11,453 nt of DNA from an uncultured Candidatus Bathyarchaeia archaeon (GCA_964450845.1 CAYVGZ010000048.1:1-11453), one strand, 5' to 3'; positions 1 through 7,863 are shown, counted from the first letter of the stretch. The notes: a model not told the origin generated them from the letters alone. Numbers and translations are program-made.

Positions 1-85
1 TGGAGGAAACGAAGCCACAATCCCCTCGCTTAAGGCTAAATTTGGACTCTTCGGTTCTGAACCCGAATGGATCTGGGTCCAGTTA

Positions 86-160
86 TGGGGCTGCCCGGAT
101 TTGAACCGGGGTCACGAGCGCCCGAGGCTCATAGCCTAGACCAAGCTAGCCGACAGCCCC
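86..160 (-). tRNA. tRNA-Pro(CGG), intronless, CCA not encoded
   Basis: Reverse complement folds as GGGGCTG/CAGCCCC acceptor stem, D arm GGCT-AGCTTGGTCTA-GGCT, anticodon arm TGAGC-CT[CGG]GC-GCTCG, T arm CCCGG-TTCAAAT-CCGGG, discriminator A at 86. Confidence 0.95.
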
Positions 161-267
161 ACGGCGTTAACTCTCCATTCCAATATCATAGAAGATAAGT
201 GTTCCCTAACACCTTTAAACTCTTACTTCTAAAATAATATCTTCACAGAGGGGAGGCTAGAATAGGT
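161..267. promoter_or_regulatory. Divergent promoter region for tRNA-Pro (-) and the NrdD-like gene (+)
   Basis: AT-rich spacer with TTTAAA at 214-219, a CTTATC box on the minus strand near 194-199, inverted repeat GTGTT-ccct-AACAC at 199-212, and RBS-like GAGGGGAGG at 248-256 ahead of TTG 268. Confidence 0.45.
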
Positions 268-2457
268 TTGTCGGTTCCACATCGTATGCGCGGGGTCAGA
301 ATACTTAAGGCAGTTTCTTCACCCCTTAGGCTGCAGATTTTGAACTTACTTTTTGACAGAGGCTCTCTTTCTTACACGGAGTTGATGGGTTCGCTGAAGA
401 TGAATCCTAGCAGGGATGCTGGAAGATTTGCCTATCACTTAAAGTTTCTGCTTAAGACGGATCTGATCGAGGCAGATGTTGAAACAAAGAAATATTGCCT
501 TACCGAGTTGGGCAAGGTTGTCATTGATGTGGCAGAAAGAATTGAAAAAAACGCCTTTAAACCAAAAGGAATGCTTGTCCGCACTTCCCGATTTGCACCA
601 GAAGAATTTGACGCAAACAAGATTGCAAATTCCCTCATAAAAGAGACGAAAATGCCTGCAGAGTTAGCTCGAAAGGTGGCTAAAGAAGCAGAAAAATGGT
701 TGCTTAAATCAAAAACGAAATATTTGACAGCCCCCCTCGTCAGAGAAGTTGCAAATGCAATTTTAATCGAGCAAGGTTTAGAGGAATACCGCCATAAACT
801 TACGCGTTTGGGTCTTCCAGTCTACGACGTAACTGCTCTTATTGATACAAAAAGTAAAACTTCTGAAGGGTCAGCCTCCATACACGAAACCGCTGGAGAA
901 ACAGTTCTTAAAGAATACACTCTTTTGAACGTCTTTCCAAGAGACATTGCAGATGCACACTTGTCAGGTTCGTTGCACATTCATGGTTTAAGCTCTTGGA
1001 TTTTGAAGCCAAGCGAAATAATGCATGACTTAAGATTTTTCTTCCAAAACGGCTTAAACCTAGAGAAAATAAACGCTCTTCAGCCTTCCTATTCTCCACC
1101 CCAAAACTTAGAGTCCGCTTTATCCATAGCATTTAATGTTCTCTTACATTCTGTCAAAGAAGTAGATGAAACGCAAACAATTGACTACTTCAACGTTTTT
1201 CTTGCACCGTTTATAAAAGGCATGGATTCCTCAGAGATTAAAGAGGCTCTACGCTTATTCATTGCCAACATAAATCAACATGTAAACACTTCTTTAGGCT
1301 TAGAGCTTACAATCCCAGACTTCATAGCAGATAAGCCAGCTTTTGGACCTTTCGGAGAACATGCAGGCAAATACGCAGATTTCCTTGAAGAAAACCAAAT
1401 CTTAGCATCGCTTATTTTCGAGATATTTGCCGAAGAAAGCGCACGAAAACCAATGTTTAATCCAAAAATCATTTTAAAAATCCGCTCGGAAACATTTGCT
1501 GATGAGAAAGCAAAGGCAATGCTTCTGAAAGCACATCAGTTGGCATCAGAGAAAGGCATGCTGTACTTTGCTAATCTGTTAGAAAAAGACCAAAAGTATT
1601 CTGTTTTCTCAAGTTCTGGATTTAGACTTAAAGCAGATTTGAATGGAGACTGGGAAATCGATACGTTACGCACGGGCTGTTTAGGATATGTAACGATTAA
1701 CTTACCACGGATTGCATATGAATCTGGCAAGGACAAGACAAAGTTTTTTGAAATCTTAAGAGAAAGACTTGAGATGGCAACTCGTGCTTTAGAAATTAAG
1801 GACAGAATACTAAAACAGCACGGCAAAGGTTTACTGCCATTTCTAATGCAAAGCGTTAATGGCGACCACTACTTTAGACTTGAAAATTGTTCTCGTATAA
1901 TAAACTTGGCAGGTTTAAAAGAAGCTTCAGAGGCATTCAGCGAAAAAAAATTGGAGTTTGCTGACGAAACAATGCAAAACATTCTGGCTTACATTCAGAA
2001 AATCCGCAGAAAACGTAGAAAACGTCTATCCACAGCCACACTGCTAGACTTTGAAGCTTTAGAAAGACTAGTGCAGTTAGACATTGAAAGATATGGCATC
2101 GCCAAAGTTCGATTTTCGGGGACAAGGGAAAAACCATTTTACTCAACAATCAGCAAGCTAATTCTTCAAGATGGCAAAATTTCTCCAGAGTCTTCAATAT
2201 TTGAACGGAAGATGCGTGGACTACATGGTGGGAACCTAACGGTAATAGACCTCGGAGAAGCTGAACATAAAACAGATGAGCTTATGTCCTTAACTAAACA
2301 GGTTTTTGAAATTCATAACATGGAATTTCTAACATATAACCGCAAATCGACCTACTGTGTCAACTGCAGAAGAAGCTGGTTTGGATTATTACACAAATGT
2401 CCTTCATGCGGGTCAACAGGCACTTTGACGACCTTTGATCGATTTGCATTAACATAA
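268..2457 (+). CDS. ArsR-type winged-HTH / ATP-cone / anaerobic ribonucleoside-triphosphate reductase (NrdD)-like fusion; predicted catalytically inactive
   Basis: aa ~8-92 wHTH (SSPLRLQILNLL..LSYTELM..GRFAYHLKFL..KKYCLTELGK); aa ~102-175 ATP-cone (VRTS..EEFDANKI..LTAPLVRE..GLEEYR); NrdD landmarks HLSG-LHIH, HDLRFF, FNVFLAP, GDWEIDTLRTG, VTINLPRIAY, HGG..LGE and C-terminal CxxC-x10-CPSCG. The RxxGY glycyl motif and catalytic Cys residues are absent. TTG start with RBS; ATG 286 is an alternative start. Confidence 0.88.
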   Translation: MSVPHRMRGVRILKAVSSPLRLQILNLLFDRGSLSYTELMGSLKMNPSRDAGRFAYHLKFLLKTDLIEADVETKKYCLTELGKVVIDVAERIEKNAFKPKGMLVRTSRFAPEEFDANKIANSLIKETKMPAELARKVAKEAEKWLLKSKTKYLTAPLVREVANAILIEQGLEEYRHKLTRLGLPVYDVTALIDTKSKTSEGSASIHETAGETVLKEYTLLNVFPRDIADAHLSGSLHIHGLSSWILKPSEIMHDLRFFFQNGLNLEKINALQPSYSPPQNLESALSIAFNVLLHSVKEVDETQTIDYFNVFLAPFIKGMDSSEIKEALRLFIANINQHVNTSLGLELTIPDFIADKPAFGPFGEHAGKYADFLEENQILASLIFEIFAEESARKPMFNPKIILKIRSETFADEKAKAMLLKAHQLASEKGMLYFANLLEKDQKYSVFSSSGFRLKADLNGDWEIDTLRTGCLGYVTINLPRIAYESGKDKTKFFEILRERLEMATRALEIKDRILKQHGKGLLPFLMQSVNGDHYFRLENCSRIINLAGLKEASEAFSEKKLEFADETMQNILAYIQKIRRKRRKRLSTATLLDFEALERLVQLDIERYGIAKVRFSGTREKPFYSTISKLILQDGKISPESSIFERKMRGLHGGNLTVIDLGEAEHKTDELMSLTKQVFEIHNMEFLTYNRKSTYCVNCRRSWFGLLHKCPSCGSTGTLTTFDRFALT

Positions 2458-2479
2458 GCGTTAAAGAGGAAGTAAAATG

Positions 2480-3537
<1,058 letters not shown>

Positions 3538-4002
3538 ATGAGTGAAACTGAGTTGTATGTTTCCAAAATTAAGGATGGCACGGTTATTGATCATATTACT
3601 GGCGGACACGCGTTAGACATTGCCAAAATTTTGGGGATAACTGGGCGGGAGAAAAGAGTCATTACGATTGCAATCAATGTGCCTAGTAAACGCTTCAAGA
3701 TGAAGGATATAGTTAAGATTGAGGGGAGAGAGTTAAACCCACAAGAAGTGCATAAAATTGCCTTGCTTGCTCCCCATGCAACAATTAACATTATCCGCGA
3801 TTATAGGGTTACAGAAAAGCAGAGGGTTCAGCTTCCAAAAATCATTGAAAACATTGTCAAGTGTGCTAATCCCGCTTGCATAAGCAACAGCAATGAGCCA
3901 GTGCAAGCCAAATTTTATGTTGAAGGCGAGGAACCGCTACTGCTGAAGTGCCATTACTGCGGTCATATTATGGAGAAAAAAGATGTGCTTGAGCAGTTTT
4001 AG
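3538..4002 (+). CDS. pyrI: Aspartate carbamoyltransferase regulatory subunit
   Basis: VSKIKDGTVIDHI N-terminus, KDIVKIE, APHATINII, and four Zn ligands (KCANPACISN, KCHYCG). Confidence 0.97.
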   Translation: MSETELYVSKIKDGTVIDHITGGHALDIAKILGITGREKRVITIAINVPSKRFKMKDIVKIEGRELNPQEVHKIALLAPHATINIIRDYRVTEKQRVQLPKIIENIVKCANPACISNSNEPVQAKFYVEGEEPLLLKCHYCGHIMEKKDVLEQF

Positions 4003-4060
4003 AGTACATTTTAGGTATTCGGAAACGTACATAATGCTTATATCGTAAGAGTTAATATTC

Positions 4061-4090
4061 TGAAGATAGATATGTCTTCAAAAAGACATA
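4061..4090. repeat. Two overlapping inverted repeats upstream of the 105-aa ORF
   Basis: TATGTCTT-caaa-AAGACATA (4071-4090, perfect 8-4-8) and TGAAGA-tagatatg-TCTTCA (4061-4080) share the central segment. Confidence 0.7.
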
Positions 4091-4128
4091 CTGTATCCGT
4101 GTAGAATATAAATACACATGGTGAAAGC

Positions 4129-4446
4129 ATGATGGAAATAATAATGGTAACATTATGGGTATGCCTCGCAACCTATATAACATGGTATTTTACATCAGCA
4201 AAAAATTATGCTCCAATAACCTCTAAGGAAGCAAGAATACTGTGGAAAATTCATAAACGTAACATCCTATGTGATGCCAGAAGATGGCGGGAGATAAAAC
4301 GTGGGGGCAAAATAATAGGTTTTGAATGTGAATGTGGATACAAACATGTACAAAAACGCCCAATAGTAGCCAACACGCCCTCACCTAACATTAACTCACA
4401 AACCTCCGTATTCGACAGACTGCACGCTCCTTATAGAGCAAAGTAA
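4129..4446 (+). CDS. Hypothetical small membrane-anchored protein with putative metal-binding His/Cys residues
   Basis: RBS GGTGA at 4120-4124 (start 4129 or 4132); hydrophobic N-terminal ~20 aa (IIMVTLWVCLATYITWYF); WKIHK-x4-C...FECECGYKH; fills the gap between pyrI and the convergent radical SAM gene. Confidence 0.8.
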   Translation: MMEIIMVTLWVCLATYITWYFTSAKNYAPITSKEARILWKIHKRNILCDARRWREIKRGGKIIGFECECGYKHVQKRPIVANTPSPNINSQTSVFDRLHAPYRAK

Positions 4447-4485
4447 ATTTCAATTTTCTCTATAAAGTTCTATGAAATTTGTAAA

Positions 4486-5916
4486 CTAGGTAATGCTGCG
4501 CATATTTTCTCTGATGTCGCCTATTCGGCTTAGGTTGTTTAATACAATTTGCTTTCGATAGGAGCTTTTCACAGTTCTTGCTATTTGTTCTATTAAGAAG
4601 TTTGGTCGACGGATAAAATGATAAAAGGCTTCATGAATCATGTGCTTGATTTCGTTAAGCGGCACCGCAGTTGGACATATCTCGGAAACTGCGACGCCTG
4701 TTTCCCAATATTCCCCTCCTTTTAGAAGCCCCTTAGCCTCGAATTCATTCCAGATGTCGTTTCCAGGATAAACACCCAATATGTTAAATTGTGGGAAATC
4801 TATCGGAATTTGTTTTGCAAATTCGATTGTATTCTGAGTTTCTTCTCTGGTCTCGTCTGGAGCGCCTACAATAAAAGACCCAACCACAACGTCTATTCCA
4901 GCCTTTCTGGCTGTTTTTACGGCAGTTTTAGACTGTTGGGGTGTTGTCTGTTTATTGTAGTAGTTTAGGATTCTTTGGTTGGCGCTTTCGATGCCAAAGT
5001 AAAGGATTCTGCAGCCTGCTCTGGCAATTTCCCGCAGCATTTCATAGGAGCAATTGTCAACTCTTCCCTCGCAGATCCAGTCCATATCTATTTTTTCCTT
5101 TCTCATTTCTCTGCAAAGCTTGATTACTCTTTTTTGGTTCAGCGTAAAGCTGTCATCTATAAAAATGAACTGTTCATATCCCTCACTAGCGAGAAAATGT
5201 AACTCGTCCAGAGTGTTTTGAATAGATCTTGGTCTCCACATGCCACGAGCGAACTGTCGACAACTGCAAAATCGACATCTGTAAACGCATCCACGCGAAG
5301 AAACTATGCTTGTGAATTTTTTCGGCGCCACATTAGCTCCAGCAATAATGGAATGATATTCATCGTCAATTAGCTCACGGTCTGGAAAAGGAAGCGAATC
5401 CAAATCCCTTATTAGGGGTTGATCAGGAGTGGAAACCATATTTTCTCCGTTTTTGAAAGTAACTCCTCGAACTTTTTTGAGACTGCCTTTGTTTCTCAAG
5501 CAACTTACAAGTTCGATGACTGTGTTTTCTCCTTCTCCTCGAACAATGATATCAACGGAAGGGTATTTCCTCAGAATTCGTTCCGGGTTGAATGTTGCAT
5601 AATAGTTGCCAAACACCGTGATGACATTTGGGTTTTTTTCTTTCACCTTCTTACTGATTAATGCGGCTGTGCGACCAGAACTCGCGAAGGTTGAGAAACC
5701 AAGAATGTCAGGATTTTCTTTCTCTACCCAATTAACTGTTTCTTCAATTGTGAAACTTTTTGCTGGCTGATCTAGAACAGAAACTTCTATCCCTCTTTCC
5801 TGAAGCACCGCACCCAAATACAAAATGCCCAAAGGCGGCCACGAAGCAATACTTTTTCTTCTTTCACGTTCATCTAAGCCTTCATTGGGACTAGCATTGA
5901 TGACAGAGAATTTCAT
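4486..5916 (-). CDS. Cobalamin-binding-domain radical SAM protein (class B methyltransferase-like)
   Basis: PPLGILYLGAVL and DILGFS B12-binding-type N-terminus; SSRGCVYRCRFC (CxxxCxxC); FIDDSF; YFGIESANQRIL; SFIVGAPDET. Likely start is ATG 5916 (MKFSVINASP); the ORF track extends to 5961. Confidence 0.9.
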   Translation of the reverse strand: MKFSVINASPNEGLDERERRKSIASWPPLGILYLGAVLQERGIEVSVLDQPAKSFTIEETVNWVEKENPDILGFSTFASSGRTAALISKKVKEKNPNVITVFGNYYATFNPERILRKYPSVDIIVRGEGENTVIELVSCLRNKGSLKKVRGVTFKNGENMVSTPDQPLIRDLDSLPFPDRELIDDEYHSIIAGANVAPKKFTSIVSSRGCVYRCRFCSCRQFARGMWRPRSIQNTLDELHFLASEGYEQFIFIDDSFTLNQKRVIKLCREMRKEKIDMDWICEGRVDNCSYEMLREIARAGCRILYFGIESANQRILNYYNKQTTPQQSKTAVKTARKAGIDVVVGSFIVGAPDETREETQNTIEFAKQIPIDFPQFNILGVYPGNDIWNEFEAKGLLKGGEYWETGVAVSEICPTAVPLNEIKHMIHEAFYHFIRRPNFLIEQIARTVKSSYRKQIVLNNLSRIGDIRENMRSIT

Positions 5917-5956
5917 TTCTAACACTTCAACAACTTCACGTTTATTATTCTCATTA

Positions 5957-5969
5957 CACATAAACTTTT
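5957..5969 (-). promoter_or_regulatory. Candidate BRE/TATA for the radical SAM gene
   Basis: Minus strand AAAAGTTTATGTG about 40 nt upstream of ATG 5916. Confidence 0.4.
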
Positions 5970-6020
5970 ACGCAAATCTGTATGCGCTACATCAAGGAAG
6001 TGTATTCCAGAAAATGCTTT

Positions 6021-6125
6021 TGGCGCCGCCGATAGGACTTTCAACAAGAGGTGTGCCTCCTTGTTCTTGAACCTATGACCGACTGGTTAACAGCCAGCCG
6101 CTCTACCTAGCTGAGCTACGGCGGC
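6021..6125 (-). tRNA. tRNA-Asn(GTT) with encoded CCA and a 28-nt intron at position 59/60 (T-loop)
   Basis: GCCGCCG/CGGCGGC acceptor stem, GCTC/GAGC D stem, GCTGG-CT[GTT]AA-CCAGT anticodon arm, T stem ATAGG/CCTAT. Removing 6038-6065 restores loop TTCAAGT and a 77-nt tRNA ending GCCA. Confidence 0.95.
6038..6065 (-). other. tRNA intron with strict bulge-helix-bulge motif
   Basis: Intron AACAAGGAGGCACACCTCTTGTTGAAAG. Exon helix ATAGG/CCTAT, central 4-bp helix TTCA/TGAA, 3-nt bulges AG|A and AG|T, intron helix ACAAG(G)AGG/CCTCTTGT. Confidence 0.9.
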
Positions 6126-6164
6126 TACTGCTTAAAGCATTATGAGTTTTGAGGATTGCGGTGG

Positions 6165-6175
6165 TATTTAAGTTT
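6165..6175 (-). promoter_or_regulatory. Candidate TATA box for tRNA-Asn
   Basis: Minus strand AAACTTAAATA about 40 nt upstream of G1 (6125), directly after the stop of the upstream radical SAM gene. Confidence 0.5.
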
Positions 6176-6177
6176 AG

Positions 6178-7695
6178 TTATCTGTAGCTTTTTATTGGAA
6201 TTCCAGCTTTTTCCGCTTTATACTTGGCAATTCTTGCGAAAATTTTATAGAAAGATTGTAAGATGTTTGCATACCATTTTCCAGCAACGGATAAGTCAAT
6301 TAGTTTTTCTACCCAGTGGAAGTCATGTTCTGCACATTTAATCAGCAATTCCTTGTGCAACTCGCTCATTTGTGCTTCTTTAAACCACTGCTCGTCCTTT
6401 AATCTGCCCATAGGAACAAAAAACAAAGGCACAATTAGACTTCTAACATCTTTAAGGTCATCCATCAGCTCTATCGTCTTGATAACGTCATCTTCTGTTT
6501 CTTCTGGAGCCCCAACAATCAATGTGCCTGCAGGAACTAGCTTGTTATCGTGCATTAAACCCATGCCAGTGCGAACGACTTCTGGCCACTGTTCCGGCTT
6601 AAAGGGATGAGCTTTTGCAGGCATAACTTTCTTGGCAAGGTCTGGCGAACCTGTTTCTATTCCAATTTCGGCGCCCCACCAAGGCTGCTTTTGCAGTATG
6701 ATTTCAGATATTTTTGAAAAGAGTTTTGGTTTTGACGCTACGGCTGCTAGTGAGCAGTGACTCCAGCAGATGCTTTCACATTTCTTTGCAACTAATTCAT
6801 GAAGTTTGACGAGCTTTTCATCGTTCGGCAACGTATTTTTAGAGCCGTAGAGCATAATGTCTTCTGCGTGGAGACATGACCAATTTATGTTTCCAACCTT
6901 TAAGTTTACATCTATTTCCCGCAGTATTTTCTCATAGGGATACCAACGCAACGATCTCAAAGTCACGCTGCAAAATTTACATCCCCGACAACATCCGCGA
7001 CCAACTTCCACTAAGCCATTGACAGAGGGTCTCACAATATCGGGTATCTCCTCCACACTTGGAGCCTCTTTAACGTCAACCTCGTAGTATTGAGGAAGAG
7101 CTTCACCGTTAAGAGCAGCCCGAGCGATTTTCCCAATGACCTTCTCAGCCTCTCCTTCAACTATACAGTCTATCCCATATTCCTCAACAAACTTTGGCCT
7201 ATAACGAAACTGCCAAACACCTGGACCGCCAACAATAATCCTTAACCCACTTTTCTTCGCTTTTCTAATTTCCAGACTGTCCAGCAGAGCACGGAAATAT
7301 TGTGCAAGAAATGGCTCCTTTTTTAGAATGGAGGCTAAGGTGCTTGAGGCTGGGCCTAAGCCAAAGGGGTCCATTACATGTATGCCTAGAACCTTTACTT
7401 TGTTCACACACTTTCCAAGATGGTTTGGTGCAACAGTTGACACGTCGAAGCCTTCGCTCAAAAGTTGAGCCTCAATTTTTCTTAACCCATACGGTGCCGC
7501 CACAGGCATACCCTTCAAAGTTTTTATGGGCGGAAAGAAAAGCCATTTGTAAAGCCAGTCTGGAACAAAATTTGGGGGGGCACACGTTCCAAACCCTAAA
7601 AATTCATTGCGATGGTAATCACTCATCAAAGTTTGGTCAGCAGTTAGGAGTATTTTGTCACCTGCTGATTCTTGTAGCAAATCATCGGCTTCCAT
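6178..7695 (-). CDS. Archaeal radical SAM protein with B12-binding-like N-terminal domain, function unknown
   Basis: EVGRGCCRGCKFC (CxxxCxxC), IIVGGPG, APYGLRKIEAQL, GIETGSP, GTLIVGAPEETEDD; N-terminal LLTADQTLMSDY. Confidence 0.88.
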   Translation of the reverse strand: MEADDLLQESAGDKILLTADQTLMSDYHRNEFLGFGTCAPPNFVPDWLYKWLFFPPIKTLKGMPVAAPYGLRKIEAQLLSEGFDVSTVAPNHLGKCVNKVKVLGIHVMDPFGLGPASSTLASILKKEPFLAQYFRALLDSLEIRKAKKSGLRIIVGGPGVWQFRYRPKFVEEYGIDCIVEGEAEKVIGKIARAALNGEALPQYYEVDVKEAPSVEEIPDIVRPSVNGLVEVGRGCCRGCKFCSVTLRSLRWYPYEKILREIDVNLKVGNINWSCLHAEDIMLYGSKNTLPNDEKLVKLHELVAKKCESICWSHCSLAAVASKPKLFSKISEIILQKQPWWGAEIGIETGSPDLAKKVMPAKAHPFKPEQWPEVVRTGMGLMHDNKLVPAGTLIVGAPEETEDDVIKTIELMDDLKDVRSLIVPLFFVPMGRLKDEQWFKEAQMSELHKELLIKCAEHDFHWVEKLIDLSVAGKWYANILQSFYKIFARIAKYKAEKAGIPIKSYR

Positions 7696-7793
7696 ATTTT
7701 TAGTTTCAAAACCTTTAGATTCTAATATGTCTCTTATTTACTTAAAAATTACGATTGCCAACAGCTTAAAAGAATTAGTTGTTTTTCCACTTT

Positions 7794-7838
7794 CATGTTT
7801 CGTTTTGCCTGCTTGCTTTAGAAACATGTATATTATAG
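7794..7838 (+). promoter_or_regulatory. Candidate promoter of the oxidoreductase operon with upstream inverted repeat
   Basis: TATATTATAG at 7829-7838, immediately preceded by CATGTTTC-N19-GAAACATG (7794-7828). Confidence 0.4.
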
Positions 7839-7863
7839 ATTTCCCAATAAGCTTGAAAGATTA

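Noticed and set aside
44-80. Hairpin GGACTC-TTCGG...CCGAA...GGGTCC downstream of tRNA-Pro, a possible sRNA
   Set aside because: Short helices with a 7-nt one-sided bulge, no ACA or clear C/D boxes, and no upstream context available.
1-198. Possible SSV-type integrase fragment or att site at tRNA-Pro (antisense translation MGLPGFEPGSR from ATG 85)
   Set aside because: PGFEPG is what the antisense of almost any tRNA T arm encodes; that frame has stops at 31-33 and 37-39, and no tRNA 3' repeat or integrase is in the window.
190-245. GAAGATA...TATCTTC inverted repeat and its similarity to TGAAGATA at 4061
   Set aside because: A 7-8 nt match in AT-rich spacers with a 40-nt gap is expected by chance.
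268-2457. Annotating the ORF as a functional nrdD, or as a pseudogene
   Set aside because: No glycyl-radical motif or catalytic Cys, so not a functional NrdD; the frame is intact, with RBS and preserved structural motifs, so a pseudogene call is unsupported.
4486-7695. Either radical SAM gene as the NrdG activase for the NrdD-like protein
   Set aside because: Both are ~480-500 aa with B12-binding-type N-termini, unlike the short glycyl-radical activases.
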